A DNA stretch of 64,000 nucleotides from Nitrospirota bacterium (GTDB lineage: Bacteria; Nitrospirota; Thermodesulfovibrionia; Thermodesulfovibrionales; Dissulfurispiraceae), in assembly GCA_963790025.1 (NCBI GenBank), contig CAWBMP010000004.1, positions 512,001 to 576,000 on the forward strand, in the 5' to 3' direction. The notes under the pieces are model-generated. The model did not search any database and had not been told where the DNA came from. It was given only the letters and a program-made list of their open reading frames with translations. Positions 8,535 through 20,096 of this stretch are shown one piece after another. Every line of letters begins with the position of its first letter. The stretch's first letter is position 1. Made by a program: the position numbers and the translations under genes.

Positions 8535-11500
8535 TCAATTTAACTTGCAATCCAGGACTTCACGCAATTTTGCTGACAGTTCGCCCGCAGTAATGGGTTT
8601 CTGCATGAATATGGCATCTTTGATCTCTTTATACAAAATCTCTTTGTCTCCGTATCCGGACATTATGATTACCTTTGTATTTGGCCACCTTTCAATGAAC
8701 AATTCCCCGAGTTCACTCCCTCTCATGCCCGGCATTACCAGGTCCGTCAGTAACAGATCTATCCTTCCCTCGACCTGTTCCGCTATATTCAATGCCTCCT
8801 CCGCGCTGTCGGCTTCGTATAGCTTGTACCCCAGAGGCTGGAGCACGTCGCTTACAAACTGTCTTATGAGAGGCTGATCATCTACTACAAGTATTGTTTC
8901 TGTCCCTTCACTCGTTATGGACGGCCCAGCTTTTCTCGTCTCTTTTACTTCTTCTTCTGTTGCCGGCAAGTAGACCTTGAACGTCGTACCTTTGTCGGGT
9001 TCACTATACACCCATATATACCCGTTGTGCTGCTTAACAATGCCGTACGTGGTTGACAGGCCGAGACCTGTGCCTTTCGCTGTCCCTTTGGTTGTGAAAA
9101 ATGGATCAAAAATCTTTTCCCTGATTTCAGGACTCATACCTGCACCATTGTCAGTCACCGACAACATTACATAATGACCCGGTTTTACGAGCTGACTGTG
9201 CATAAGTGAATATGCCTTATCAAGATATACATTGTCCGTCTCGATTATCAGTCGGCCTCCATTGGTCATCGCATCGCGGGCATTTACAACAAGGTTCATT
9301 AATACCTGCTCTATCTGCCCCGCATCAGCCGATACATTCTTGACAGGCTTGTCAATATTCAGTTCCAGTTCAATGTCTTCCCCTATTGTTCGTTCGAATA
9401 TCTTATTCATGTTGTGGACAATTTCGTTTAAATTGACCGGCTTGATTTCAAGCATTTGATTGCGGCTGAAAGCCAAAAGCTGTCTTACCAGATCAGAAGC
9501 CTTGTTTCCTGCATCCTTAATGATCTCGATTTTGTCGCTTGCAAAATGCTTTTTGGGAAGTTCTCTCAGCACTAAATCGCTGTAGCCGATAACGGCAGTC
9601 ATCAGGTTATTAAAGTCATGCGCTATCCCGCCTGCAAGCCTTCCCATCGCCTCCATTTTCTGTGCTTGCAGAAACTGCTCTTCAAGCTTCTTGTGTTCAG
9701 TTATGTCACGCATTATTCCCCTGTAGGCCGTAACTGAACCTTTTTCATCTCTGACGACCGACGATGTTGTCAAAACAGTCAGTTTGCTTCCGTCCTTCCT
9801 TTTCATTTCAATCTCATAATCTTTGGTAAACCCGTTTTCATGCAACATCTTCTCATATTTTTCCCTGTCTTCCGGATTGACATACAAGTCTCTGGCTATA
9901 TCAATGGCAAGAAGTTCTTCTTTTGAAGCATACCCAAGCAGTTCAATGCCGGCCCGGTTAATATCCAGATACCTTCCTTCAGGTGTGCTGATAAAAACTG
10001 CATCTTTTGATTCCTCAAAAAGGGTGCGATATTTCTCTTCCGATTGTATTGATGCTTTTTCAGCTTTTTTCTGTTCGGTCAATGTCCGTAGAGTCATAAT
10101 CCCGTAAGCCAGATTATCGGATAGTGAAGTAAGCAACATAACTTCATCTTCATTAAAAGCATTTGGTTCAGCAGCGTAAATAGTCAGCGCCCCAAAGGTG
10201 TCTGAATTTGTATTCAAGGGCAGCCCGAGGATTGAACCATAACCGAGATTAAGAGCATCCTTGCGCCAGGGCGAAAAATCAGGATCTGTTGTAATATTAT
10301 TAAAAATAGACGCTTTGCCCGTACGAATAGCTGTGCCGGCTGGTCCCCTGCCATACTCAGTATCATCCCATGATATTTGTATATTCTGAAGATAACTGTC
10401 TTCATATCCCTTTTGTGCAACCGGTCTAACTGTCTTAGCTTCGTCACGTTCGGCATAGCCAACCCAGCACATCCGATAACCACCCGTTTCCACTATGATT
10501 TTGCATACCTCATCAAGCAAATTTGTTTCTTCTTTAACGTGTGTTATAGCCTCATCGCAGCGATTGATTGCATTGAGCGCGCGATTAGCTCTGAACAATC
10601 TAATCTCCGCCTTCTTGCGCTCAGCGATGTCATGATCGATCGTGGCTATCATGGTATTAAAGGCACTCGAGAGCGTACCAATTTCGTCTTTGGTGTTTAT
10701 GTTAAGAAACCTGTCGTCCCCTTCTTTTTGCCCAATGTCCCGAACGTGACTAGTAAAAACTTCAAGAGGAACTGTCAGGCGCCTTATGACGATCAAGGTA
10801 ATCAAGAATATAGCAGCAATACCTGCAACAGTAGCTATCAGGAAGTATTCCTCCGCTTTCCGGATAGGCAGATATGCCTCAGCCTGAGGATAGTTCGCGG
10901 CCAGGATCCAGTCCTTGGTCTTCAGCCTCTTGAATGAAGTAACTGCTTTCAGTCCATACGACGTTGTGGTTTCCCCGGTACCCTCGAATCCATCCCTGGC
11001 CATATCGTAAAGCTTATTCAAACCGCGAGGCTGATTTAGCAGAATTCTTTTTTTATTCGGATGCATAATCATAGTGCCATCTGTTTCATACAGATAGAAA
11101 TTACCCGTCTTACCAACTTTCACGGTGCTTATCCTGTCCATAAAATTGCTTTTCATGAGGTCGATGCTGCCGGTCAATATACCTGTAAGTTCGCCTTTGT
11201 GGCCAAAAAGCGGCACTGTCATCATAATAGAAGCATGTTTATGTGACTGCGATGATATGAACGGATCGGAAATATAGGGCTTTTTTGTCTGGGTGGTTTT
11301 TTTTATATAGTCCCGGAAAGAAAGGTCCAGTCCCCGTCTGCCCGGAATGTACGGTGATTCGACAAAAATCTTGCCCTCCGGAGTGAACAAGAAAAGGTGG
11401 TTGTCGAATATCAGACGCAAATCCTCCCTGCTGTCAAGAAGTGCCTGCGCTTTTTCAGTATTTTTCATTATGTCATGAGGAACAATTTTGGCAAACGTCA

Positions 11501-11693
11501 CAAGGTGCTGTTGGGCTGTCAAAAGTCTGTTGTCAATTTCATCAGCGAATATGGAAACCATGAGAAATTGCTGTTGAGAAATGGTCTTTTTGATGGATTC
11601 TCTATAACTGGAAAAAGTGAAGTAAGCAGTTGCTGCAAATATGGTAATCATAACGCCGGATATAATTAATATGAATTTGGCTTTAAGTTTCAT
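8535..11693 (-). CDS. Hybrid sensor histidine kinase (Cache-HAMP-GAF-PAS-HisKA-HATPase-REC)
   Basis: Two TM helices, [26 protein letters not shown]-terminal [10 protein letters not shown] receiver. Confidence 0.95.
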   Translation of the reverse strand: MKLKAKFILIISGVMITIFAATAYFTFSSYRESIKKTISQQQFLMVSIFADEIDNRLLTAQQHLVTFAKIVPHDIMKNTEKAQALLDSREDLRLIFDNHLFLFTPEGKIFVESPYIPGRRGLDLSFRDYIKKTTQTKKPYISDPFISSQSHKHASIMMTVPLFGHKGELTGILTGSIDLMKSNFMDRISTVKVGKTGNFYLYETDGTMIMHPNKKRILLNQPRGLNKLYDMARDGFEGTGETTTSYGLKAVTSFKRLKTKDWILAANYPQAEAYLPIRKAEEYFLIATVAGIAAIFLITLIVIRRLTVPLEVFTSHVRDIGQKEGDDRFLNINTKDEIGTLSSAFNTMIATIDHDIAERKKAEIRLFRANRALNAINRCDEAITHVKEETNLLDEVCKIIVETGGYRMCWVGYAERDEAKTVRPVAQKGYEDSYLQNIQISWDDTEYGRGPAGTAIRTGKASIFNNITTDPDFSPWRKDALNLGYGSILGLPLNTNSDTFGALTIYAAEPNAFNEDEVMLLTSLSDNLAYGIMTLRTLTEQKKAEKASIQSEEKYRTLFEESKDAVFISTPEGRYLDINRAGIELLGYASKEELLAIDIARDLYVNPEDREKYEKMLHENGFTKDYEIEMKRKDGSKLTVLTTSSVVRDEKGSVTAYRGIMRDITEHKKLEEQFLQAQKMEAMGRLAGGIAHDFNNLMTAVIGYSDLVLRELPKKHFASDKIEIIKDAGNKASDLVRQLLAFSRNQMLEIKPVNLNEIVHNMNKIFERTIGEDIELELNIDKPVKNVSADAGQIEQVLMNLVVNARDAMTNGGRLIIETDNVYLDKAYSLMHSQLVKPGHYVMLSVTDNGAGMSPEIREKIFDPFFTTKGTAKGTGLGLSTTYGIVKQHNGYIWVYSEPDKGTTFKVYLPATEEEVKETRKAGPSITSEGTETILVVDDQPLIRQFVSDVLQPLGYKLYEADSAEEALNIAEQVEGRIDLLLTDLVMPGMRGSELGELFIERWPNTKVIIMSGYGDKEILYKEIKDAIFMQKPITAGELSAKLREVLDCKLN

Positions 11694-12181
11694 ATTTGCC
11701 GTACCGCCACGATTACAACTGTCCGTGCGTCAGGCCTACTCCCTGCAACTGCCATACAAGAATTATTGCAGCAACAATAATTAACACTGGTCCCGAGACT
11801 TTTCGTTTACGGCGTGAATAATATACATTATAGCATGCCTGAGAAAATGGTTTTGACACTTTCTCTCAGTACTACGCAGAATTTTCGTAGTGGTGAAAAA
11901 CAACCTTTGCAGGGGAACTGCGCGGACAGCCGCATTTATTTTTTTTTGCACTGTTCCATATGTGCATCTGAAATAGCTTTTTTCACTTTCTTCCCATAAT
12001 TGTTATTGCGTCGGTCTAGGCGGTGTCGTTTTTTTATGGCTGAAACAAACAATTGGAAAGAGCCCTTCATTTTGCGTCTTTCTTTGGTGTAATAAAGAAC
12101 TGGGGCGAGACTTAATCGTACTCTGTCCGCAAGGTCAAGTAATGGCAACTACAATTTATGACGCTATTATGCATCATATTT

Positions 12182-13543
12182 TTATATATGCCAGTCAGCG
12201 ATGTCCGAATTTTCGGTAAAATGTGGATATGGCACGACATTCCAGCATGTGACAATGCCATTTTTCCACTTGACGACATCCACATTCCCATCCTGGGAGA
12301 TTACCATCGCCATAGCATCATGCAGCTCATTACAAAGGTGATAGGCAGCTCTGTGCCGCATACCCACCCCATCTACCGGTTCCAATAAAGTACTACCACC
12401 CTCCGAATCCAATGATCTTGCAACGAGTCTTACCTTATCCAAAGGTCCCAGTATAACGCCGCCGAAACCCAGGAGTTCGTGTCTCTGTGACAATATGACA
12501 GCACCGTCAACAGCGGTCAGGCCGGCGACGTAATGAGCGTATTCGAAGACGGCTTCATCGAGCTGTGAGAGGACATCATTCTTACTTGTAACATACTCTT
12601 TCCAACCCACGACCCGATCGGTCTGCTTCAGGTCTCCATAACTTTCTGCAAGAGTGTTCATAAGTTTAACAAGCAGTGTACGAAACCTTTTTCGTGGCTC
12701 TTCATCTCTAAACAGGTACTTAATATTCAAGTAATGGTTCTCAGAGCAAACTTCGGGCGCCCTCTCCTGAGACAGAGAGATTATAGTACCGCCATGATGA
12801 GAATTGCGTACTGTACTGATTATGCGTTTGGCGACCTGCCGGGCAATCATGTTCGGGAAATTCCGTTCCAGCAAGGCCCAGGGCCCCTTCGTCTTTGACC
12901 GTGCCGCCTCATGAAGATTCCAGAGTTCTGCGTACGCCTCAGTATAGCCCTCACTAATCCAACGTGAGCTGAACACACTCTTGGATGGGGTGAAAATCTT
13001 TCCTCCATTCAGCATGGCTATCATTGCGGAGCCTTTGCACGCCACTATGTGCCCAGGGCCTGTAACATATAAAACAAGTGATTCAGGCAGTAGCGAGTAT
13101 TCCAGGCTGCCTCCCCTTATTGCCTGTACCCATCGCTGGCCCGAGTGTATTAAACCCCAAATTTGCAGTTCTCCCTCGGCATTTGCATTAACGCCGATCA
13201 GTGAACGGTAATAATCAACGGCAGGGGCCAGTTTACCCAGCTCATATTCATTGAGGGGGCGAGGCTCGTTAAAAATAAGCCTATGCAGGCCATTGGGTGG
13301 CCCATCTTCGGCTGCAAGCTTTTCCGGGTCCCGCAAAATAAGCCTGAATCTTAAACGTCTCTCCTCTTCCATCATTATGCTGGTTTGGTAACACGTGGAA
13401 ATAAGCCCCTCTAACACTGCCGAGTCCGGTAATTGGTCAAATTTAACGTCTGTTGATGCAATGCTTGAATAAAGTCCGGCCTGGCCGGCATCCCATTTTT
13501 CGAGGACTATCTCCATCAAGTTATGCGGATAAGAATGAACCAT
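12182..13543 (-). CDS. Diadenylate-cyclase (DisA_N/DAC)-like protein with long N-terminal putative sensor region (DACNV-like)
   Basis: HGG, VDGAV, GFG, GMRHRAA and ISQDG motifs. Confidence 0.75.
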   Translation of the reverse strand: MVHSYPHNLMEIVLEKWDAGQAGLYSSIASTDVKFDQLPDSAVLEGLISTCYQTSIMMEEERRLRFRLILRDPEKLAAEDGPPNGLHRLIFNEPRPLNEYELGKLAPAVDYYRSLIGVNANAEGELQIWGLIHSGQRWVQAIRGGSLEYSLLPESLVLYVTGPGHIVACKGSAMIAMLNGGKIFTPSKSVFSSRWISEGYTEAYAELWNLHEAARSKTKGPWALLERNFPNMIARQVAKRIISTVRNSHHGGTIISLSQERAPEVCSENHYLNIKYLFRDEEPRKRFRTLLVKLMNTLAESYGDLKQTDRVVGWKEYVTSKNDVLSQLDEAVFEYAHYVAGLTAVDGAVILSQRHELLGFGGVILGPLDKVRLVARSLDSEGGSTLLEPVDGVGMRHRAAYHLCNELHDAMAMVISQDGNVDVVKWKNGIVTCWNVVPYPHFTENSDIADWHI

Positions 13544-13570
13544 GTCTCTATTTCTCCTATTTAATCCTTA

Positions 13571-14365
13571 TCATGTACCCTGACGGTCCGCAATAACAGG
13601 GTTGACCAGTATGCCTATACTTTCGATTTCGACCTCTATTTTTTGTCCTGCACGGAGGAAAACCGGGGGCTTTCTTGTAAAACCAACTCCTTCGGGAGTG
13701 CCCGTCAGTATGATTGTGCCCGGAAGAAGCGTCATGCAGCGGGACAGATACGAAACGATGCTTCTGGATGAGAAAATCATGTCGGATGTATTGGATGACT
13801 GCATCACCTGCCCGTCCAGGCGACAAACAATATTGAGGTTGTCACCATCGATGTCTGTTACGATAGCAGGGCCGATGGGGCAAAAGGTATCGTAGCTTTT
13901 CGAACGCACCCATTGGCCGTCAGAAAACTGAACGGCCCTGTTTGATACGTCATTTGCAACAGTGAAGCCGAGAATGACATCTGAGACTTCTTCTTCAGAT
14001 ATGTCTTTTGCACGCTTTCCAATAACGATGGCCAGTTCAGCTTCGAAATCGATTTGATCGGGACTATATCGGGGAAGAACAATAGGATCATCGCATCCGC
14101 ACAACGCTGTCGTAGATTTCATGAAGAACAGAGGCTCGTCGCGACGGGGCATCCCGACCTCATCGGCATGCTTCTTATAGTTCAGTCCCAGACAGATAAT
14201 ATTGGGAGGCACGACCGGGGGCAAAAACTTGACAGTATGCAGATTAAGGACGGTTGACTGTCGTTTAAGTTGATCAAAAGGGTCTCCCGCGCATTGATGA
14301 AGCAGGGCACCCTCGACAATTCCATAATGTATTTGTCCCTCGAACATATACCGCGCAATCTTCAT
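13571..14365 (-). CDS. Fumarylacetoacetate hydrolase family protein
   Basis: GLNY..HA.E, DFEAELA, ANDVS.R, KSYDTFCPIGP, TGTPEGVG; start set by RBS GGAGG. Confidence 0.93.
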   Translation of the reverse strand: MKIARYMFEGQIHYGIVEGALLHQCAGDPFDQLKRQSTVLNLHTVKFLPPVVPPNIICLGLNYKKHADEVGMPRRDEPLFFMKSTTALCGCDDPIVLPRYSPDQIDFEAELAIVIGKRAKDISEEEVSDVILGFTVANDVSNRAVQFSDGQWVRSKSYDTFCPIGPAIVTDIDGDNLNIVCRLDGQVMQSSNTSDMIFSSRSIVSYLSRCMTLLPGTIILTGTPEGVGFTRKPPVFLRAGQKIEVEIESIGILVNPVIADRQGT

Positions 14366-14390
14366 GGTCGGACCTCCTTTAAACGGCGTA

Positions 14391-15041
14391 TCACAGACTT
14401 TTTGCCGCGCCCTGCCGGTGGCGCATGAACTCAATAACAGCGGGCATTACAGAGATGAGAATGATCGCCAGAATTACGATAGAAAAATTCTGTCTCACTA
14501 CGGGAATATTGCCGAAGAAGTAGCCTGAAAAAACGCAGACCGCCACCCACGTCGTCCCGCCAAAAATGTCATAGCTGAGAAAGCGGGTATAGGTCATCCT
14601 TCCCAGGCCGGCGACAAAAGGGGCAAAGGTGCGGATGACAGGGACAAAACGTGCTATGATGATTGTCTTTCCTCCGTACTTCTCGTAGAACGCGTGAGTG
14701 CGCTCCAGGTGCTTCCTGTTCAGAAAGCGTACATCGTCCCGGTGAAACACCTTCGGTCCTACAAAATATCCTATCCAGTAATTCGCCGTATTGCCTGCCA
14801 TTGCAGCAAAAGCGAGAAGCCCGTACAGCAGGGATATATCAAAGGAGCCGAGTGCCGCAAATGTGCCGGCTGCAAAGAGCAGCGAATCACCTGGAAGAAA
14901 CGGTGTCACCACAAGGCCGGTCTCGCAGAAAATGATGAGCGAGAGGATTATATATGTGGCAGGGCCATACTGCTGGATGACCAGACTCAGGTGCCTGTCA
15001 AGATGCATGAAAATAGAAATGAAATTCCCTATCAGTTCCAT
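14391..15041 (-). CDS. dedA: DedA family membrane protein
   Basis: ETGLVVTPFLPGDSLLF, ARFVPVIRTFAPF. Confidence 0.93.
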   Translation of the reverse strand: MELIGNFISIFMHLDRHLSLVIQQYGPATYIILSLIIFCETGLVVTPFLPGDSLLFAAGTFAALGSFDISLLYGLLAFAAMAGNTANYWIGYFVGPKVFHRDDVRFLNRKHLERTHAFYEKYGGKTIIIARFVPVIRTFAPFVAGLGRMTYTRFLSYDIFGGTTWVAVCVFSGYFFGNIPVVRQNFSIVILAIILISVMPAVIEFMRHRQGAAKSL

Positions 15042-15919
15042 CAGGCCTCCACAAAAGCAGCATTCAGAGTCCCGGCCGCTACCCTTTCTATTCCTGCAAA
15101 ATCCTTAACGAACTTCAGTTGCCGGAAACCGGCGCCCAGCGCCAACTTCTTTATTTGGGCAGACTGGCCAAACCCTATTTCGAGCATAATTATGCCATTT
15201 TCCTTGAGGTGTGCCGGTGCATCCCGGAAAATCCTCCTATAGAAATCCAGACCGTCCACCCCGCCATCGAGTGCCGAAAGGGGCTCGTGTTCCCTTATCT
15301 CTCTCTGAAGCATTTTTATCTCATCATGCCTGATATAGGGGGGGTTGGAAACAATACAATCAAAACGCAGTGGGCCGACAGGCGCAAAAAGGTCGCCAAG
15401 TTTAAACCGGACATTGTGGATGTTATTTGCCAGGGCGTTCTGCGTTGCATACACCATGGCAGCCTCGGAAGAGTCAACTCCATAAACTGTGACTTCGGGA
15501 AGATTCGCTGCAACGGCCAGCGCAATACATCCGCTGCCTGTGCAAAGATCGAGGACATTTAAAGGCCGTTTTGCAGAGCGCTGAACGGATTTTATCGTTT
15601 CTTCAACGAGCAGTTCGGTTTCAGGCCTCGGGATGAGCACGCCGCTGCCGACATAAAGTTTAAGGCCGTAAAATGAAACATGACCTGTGAGATACTGAAT
15701 TGGTTCTCCCCTGGTACGTCGCACAGCCAGGCCGGTAACATGCCCTGAAACGTCCTCCGGCAAATTAGCGTCGCGCGTGTACAGTTCGGTCCTGTCGATA
15801 TGAAGAAGCCCGGTGATAAGCATCTCGGCTTCTCTCACGGGATCTTCGATACCGCTCCGCTCGAAAAGGGCTGCTATCTCCTTTATTTTGGCAAGAGCAG
15901 AAATAACATCAACCGTCAC
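15041..15919 (-). CDS. prmC: Release factor glutamine methyltransferase
   Basis: [20 protein letters not shown]; follows prfA. Confidence 0.95.
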   Translation of the reverse strand: MTVDVISALAKIKEIAALFERSGIEDPVREAEMLITGLLHIDRTELYTRDANLPEDVSGHVTGLAVRRTRGEPIQYLTGHVSFYGLKLYVGSGVLIPRPETELLVEETIKSVQRSAKRPLNVLDLCTGSGCIALAVAANLPEVTVYGVDSSEAAMVYATQNALANNIHNVRFKLGDLFAPVGPLRFDCIVSNPPYIRHDEIKMLQREIREHEPLSALDGGVDGLDFYRRIFRDAPAHLKENGIIMLEIGFGQSAQIKKLALGAGFRQLKFVKDFAGIERVAAGTLNAAFVEA

Positions 15920-16977
15920 AGTTCTTTCAGCCTTTCTGCTTCATAGTGCGTATTCAGCGCTTCTACGAGTTCATCCAGAGCCCCTTCAAGCACATGATCG
16001 AGCTTGTGAAGAGTCAGGCCTATGCGGTGATCGGTGACCCTGTTCTGGGGATAGTTGTATGTCCTGATTCGCTCGCTCCTGTCACCGCTGCCCACCTGGG
16101 TCTTTCTGTCTGCGGAGCGTTCCTTGTCCTGTTTCTCAATTTCCAGGTCCAGCAGCCTCGAACGCAGCACCTTCAATGCCTTTTCACGGTTCTTCAGCTG
16201 CGACCGCTCATCCTGGCACTGAACTACCAGCCCCGTAGGAATATGGGTAATCCGCACAGCAGAATACGTCGTATTCACGCTCTGTCCACCGGCGCCGGAT
16301 GAGCAGAACGTATCGATTCTCAGGTCCTTCTCCTCAATCTTTATATCGACCTCTTCGGCTTCGGGCAGCACTGCCACGGTTGCGGCGGATGTATGGATCC
16401 TGCCCGATGTCTCTGTTACTGGGACTCTTTGCACCCTGTGCACTCCGCTTTCGTATTTCAGCTTGCTGTATGCACCCTTACCGGTAATATTTGCAATCAC
16501 TTCCTTTAATCCGCCGAGCCCCGTTGGGCTGGAATCAATCACTTCAATCTTCCATTTGCGGACTTCGGCAAATTTCGAGTACATCCTGAACAAACTTGCT
16601 CCGAACAAGGCGGCCTCTTCCCCGCCGGTGCCCGCCCGTATCTCGAGAATGACGTTCCTATCATCCCTCGGGTCCTTCGGCAGCAGCATCATCTTAAGTT
16701 CGTTTTCCAGCAGCGGTTTTCTCTTCTTCAGGTCCTCAAGCTCTTCCTGTGCCAGTTCCTTCATGTCACCGTCACCGGCCACGAGCATTTCTTCGGCATC
16801 CTGCATCTCAGAAAGTATTTTTTTGTATTCCCATATTTTTTCAACTATAGGCGTAAGGTCCGACTGCTCTTTGGAATACTTCATGTACGCCTGTGCATTG
16901 GACAGCACTTCCGGATTTGCAAGGGCCTCGTTCACTTCATTATACTTTTGCTCGATAGTGAGCAGTTTCTCTAACAC
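15916..16977 (-). CDS. prfA: Peptide chain release factor 1
   Basis: GGQ motif, PVT tripeptide, IRTYNYPQ. Confidence 0.98.
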   Translation of the reverse strand: MLEKLLTIEQKYNEVNEALANPEVLSNAQAYMKYSKEQSDLTPIVEKIWEYKKILSEMQDAEEMLVAGDGDMKELAQEELEDLKKRKPLLENELKMMLLPKDPRDDRNVILEIRAGTGGEEAALFGASLFRMYSKFAEVRKWKIEVIDSSPTGLGGLKEVIANITGKGAYSKLKYESGVHRVQRVPVTETSGRIHTSAATVAVLPEAEEVDIKIEEKDLRIDTFCSSGAGGQSVNTTYSAVRITHIPTGLVVQCQDERSQLKNREKALKVLRSRLLDLEIEKQDKERSADRKTQVGSGDRSERIRTYNYPQNRVTDHRIGLTLHKLDHVLEGALDELVEALNTHYEAERLKEL

Positions 16978-17870
16978 TCTTTACACACCTGGTCGCTGCC
17001 TGCTTGGATGTTCAATACGTCATGCACAGCGGCAATCGCTACCTCTATCTGGGAATCGTCAGGCTCTCTAACCGTCATCCTCTGCAGCAGAAGACCGGGA
17101 AGGACCATCAGGGAAATTACCGGGTTATTCTTCATTTTTGCGGAAAACTTCAGCATTTCATAGGAAATACCCGCAATAAGAGGAATCAGGACCAGCCGGG
17201 ACCCCGCCTTCCAGATAAATGGCCACTGCTGGGGAATAAAGGAGAAGATAAGTATGCTGATGACCATCACAATGAGAAGGAAGCTTGTTCCGCATCTCGG
17301 ATGGTAGGGTTTGTATTTTTTGGCGTTATCGACAGTCAGTGATTCGCCGGCCTCATAAGCATAAATGACTTTATGCTCTGCGCCGTGGTATTCAAAAACA
17401 CGTCTCATCTCTTTCCACAACCCTATTGCAAATACATAAAAAAGAAATATGGCAACACGGATTGTCCCGTCCACAACATTGAAAAGCAGAGAACTTTGTG
17501 CGATGCCGTGAAGAAAATTCCCAGCCATCTTTGTAAGCAGCAGCGGCAGCAGTATAAAGAGGGCTACGGCAAGTACTATAGCAGCGACAATAGAGATTCC
17601 GAAGCTCCAGGGGCTGACAGGTTTATCCTGCGCTTCCTCCTGGTAGGCCACATTCCCGGAAAATTCGAGCGCCTTGATTCCTATGTGCAGCGCCTGAAAA
17701 AGCGCCACCGATCCTCTCACAACCGGCAGCTTCAGAAAACCCGTCATCGGGTCTGTCTTCTCACGCTTGATGCTTATATCACCGTTGGGTCCCCTTACTG
17801 CAACGCTCCACCCCGCAGGTGATTTCATCATCACGCCCTCTATTACCGCCTGTCCACCAATATTCTCCAT
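16971..17870 (-). CDS. DUF1385 membrane protein
   Basis: [26 protein letters not shown]; conserved rpmE-DUF1385-prfA-prmC context. Confidence 0.92.
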   Translation of the reverse strand: MENIGGQAVIEGVMMKSPAGWSVAVRGPNGDISIKREKTDPMTGFLKLPVVRGSVALFQALHIGIKALEFSGNVAYQEEAQDKPVSPWSFGISIVAAIVLAVALFILLPLLLTKMAGNFLHGIAQSSLLFNVVDGTIRVAIFLFYVFAIGLWKEMRRVFEYHGAEHKVIYAYEAGESLTVDNAKKYKPYHPRCGTSFLLIVMVISILIFSFIPQQWPFIWKAGSRLVLIPLIAGISYEMLKFSAKMKNNPVISLMVLPGLLLQRMTVREPDDSQIEVAIAAVHDVLNIQAGSDQVCKEC

Positions 17871-17908
17871 GCCCCTCCGGAAACACAAGTAAAAAGTAAG
17901 AAATAAAA

Positions 17909-17948
17909 AGGGGTCAGATTTTAGGCGAACCTCTAAACTCTAACCCCT
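17909..17948. repeat. REP-like imperfect palindrome
   Basis: AGGGGTCAGATTTTAG...CTAAACTCTAACCCCT between rpmE and DUF1385. Confidence 0.55.
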
Positions 17949-17962
17949 GTTATCTGCCGCAG

Positions 17963-18163
17963 CTACTTCTTTGCGTATTTCTTCCTGAACTTTTCCACCC
18001 TTCCCTCGGCATCTATAAGCTTCTGCTTTCCGGTAAAGAACGGATGGCACTTTGAGCATATGTCAAGGCGGATATTGTCCAATGTCGATTTGGTAGTAAA
18101 TGTCTCACCGCACGCGCACACAACTTTGGATTCTTTATATTTTGGATGTATCCCTTCTTTCAT
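17963..18163 (-). CDS. rpmE: 50S ribosomal protein L31 (Zn-binding type)
   Basis: [21 protein letters not shown]. Confidence 0.98.
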   Translation of the reverse strand: MKEGIHPKYKESKVVCACGETFTTKSTLDNIRLDICSKCHPFFTGKQKLIDAEGRVEKFRKKYAKK

Positions 18164-18319
18164 TGAAGCACCCCCTCATCCTGAATTTGAACATTTAGTT
18201 TAATCCAAAAGCCAAAAGTTTATCAAGTCTATTTTGCTCTAATATCCACATGCCCATTGCTCGGGAACCGGTCACGAATGATGAAGGCCAGAGAGGCTTA
18301 GTGGTCGAACTGAAGGCTT

Positions 18320-19186
18320 TTACGGCGACTTCGTCCATTTTGCCGCTTCCCAGCCGAGCATCGCCTTTTTTCGGGCCTTGCCCCAGCCATAATCGCCGAT
18401 TAGCCCGATCTTCCTGATGACGCGGTGACACGGAATAATGTAACAAACAGGATTACGGCCCACGGCGCTGCCGACAGCGCGTAAGGCCTCCGGGTTGCCG
18501 ATTGATGAGGCAATATATTCATAGCTGACCATAAATCCCCTGGGAATTTTCAGCAATGCCTCCCATACCTTTATCTGAAAATTAGTGCCTTGGACCAACA
18601 GCTTAAGAGGAGAAACTTTCTGATCCTGAAAACCGGTGAATATCCTGCCGATAAAGGGGCCTGTGGACAGGTGATCTTCAAAGAATGCGGCATTCTTCCA
18701 TGTCTTCTTCAAGTCATTGACCGCTCCGCTCCGTCCGCCGGCCGTAATAAAGGACAATCCGCAGATACCCCGTTCCGTAATTGCCAGCATGCACTCGCCA
18801 AACGGCGTGGGATGAAATCCATATCGTATTACCAGACCCTCGCCTCTCTTTTTAAATTCTCCCGGTGTGATTGCCTCTATCGTTATGAACAGATCATGAA
18901 GTCGGCCGGGCGAAGATAAACCAGCATCGAGCGAAGCATCGAGCAGGCTGCGCGATTCATCCAGGACCTTCTTAGCGTATTCGATAGTCATGAACTCAAG
19001 GAATTTCTTGGGACTGATACCGGCCCAACGCCTGAAGAGTCTCTGGAAGTGGTACTCGCTCAAATTCACTACCCTGGCTATTTCCTTCAAATCAGGCTGA
19101 TCATGAAAGTTCTTCTCCAGAAAGAGAATTGCCTTCTCGACCCTCCGGTAATCTTCCGCTGGGGCTCGCAGGTTCATAAGGCTCAT
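18320..19186 (-). CDS. AraC-HTH / methylated-DNA-protein-cysteine methyltransferase fusion (Ada-like, lacking the N-terminal Zn domain)
   Basis: HFQRLF..WAGISPK, GTNFQIKVW, IPCHRV. Confidence 0.9.
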   Translation of the reverse strand: MSLMNLRAPAEDYRRVEKAILFLEKNFHDQPDLKEIARVVNLSEYHFQRLFRRWAGISPKKFLEFMTIEYAKKVLDESRSLLDASLDAGLSSPGRLHDLFITIEAITPGEFKKRGEGLVIRYGFHPTPFGECMLAITERGICGLSFITAGGRSGAVNDLKKTWKNAAFFEDHLSTGPFIGRIFTGFQDQKVSPLKLLVQGTNFQIKVWEALLKIPRGFMVSYEYIASSIGNPEALRAVGSAVGRNPVCYIIPCHRVIRKIGLIGDYGWGKARKKAMLGWEAAKWTKSP

Positions 19187-19277
19187 TATCTCCACATTTA
19201 TGATAACGCACCGGACAGGCAGGAACAACCCGATTCTTGCTATTTGAGGGAAGATCAGGAAGAAGTAAATTTTTTCT

Positions 19278-20042
19278 CTATGAGCGATTCAAAATTCTCG
19301 CAAGCCACAACTGCCAGCCTTCTGACGAATAATTTTTTGCAAGTGCAGAGATAGCCTCGTTAGCATGTTCGTTGAACATCTTCACAACACCTGTCATGGG
19401 AGACGTTATTTCGGAGATATTCCCGTCACTCGAGGTCAGTCGTGCAAAAGGCTCGCCCGCTGCAAGGGCCTTCATATTATGCATAAACTCGACGTACATG
19501 AGTTGGCCGCTCACCAGAAAATGCCTGACATCCATTCCTATTTCCCATACCTCTTCCTTTATAAGGGGCCTTGCCCATGTACCGTCCTTGTAATACACAG
19601 TAAAATCGTCCATCTCTTCAGTCGGAACGACATACTTTTTGAACTGACTTATATACTGCATCCTCAGTATCCACCCTTTTTTATCGAATGCCCTGTTCAC
19701 TGCGTTGAGCATGAAATCGGGTGTAAAGGGTTTTTCGATATACTCAAATGCCCCAAGGCGTGTTGCCTCGCGCGCATCTTCAATCGTGGGATACCCTGTT
19801 ATCACCATGACGTCCGCCGAGGGTTGAATGATCCTTGATTCCCTCAAAATGGTCAACCCGTTTATATCGGGGAGTCTCACATCGGTTATTACCAGATCGA
19901 ACGTCTCGTCACTGACCCTCTTGATGCCGCTTTCGCCGTCCTCCGCAGTGAATACGGCATGTCCCTCCATTCCCAGTATTCTCTTGCAGCTGAGAGTAAC
20001 TACCGGGTCGTCGTCAACGATCAATATTCTCTGTTTCTCCAT
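19278..20042 (-). CDS. Response regulator receiver fused to a GcvH-like domain
   Basis: N-terminal REC (VDDD, TDVRLPD, KPF); C-terminal Y..TWAR...IG.D...GEPFA....I.SPMTG.V...N. Confidence 0.75.
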   Translation of the reverse strand: MEKQRILIVDDDPVVTLSCKRILGMEGHAVFTAEDGESGIKRVSDETFDLVITDVRLPDINGLTILRESRIIQPSADVMVITGYPTIEDAREATRLGAFEYIEKPFTPDFMLNAVNRAFDKKGWILRMQYISQFKKYVVPTEEMDDFTVYYKDGTWARPLIKEEVWEIGMDVRHFLVSGQLMYVEFMHNMKALAAGEPFARLTSSDGNISEITSPMTGVVKMFNEHANEAISALAKNYSSEGWQLWLARILNRS

Positions 20043-20096
20043 GTTATCCCCTTAGCGGCGAGTCTGATCGGGTTTTATACAAAATCGTCCCTGCAC

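Noticed and set aside
11814..12148. Short ORFs or a c-di-AMP riboswitch near the DAC-like gene
   Set aside because: No protein-like signal and no ydaO-type consensus visible
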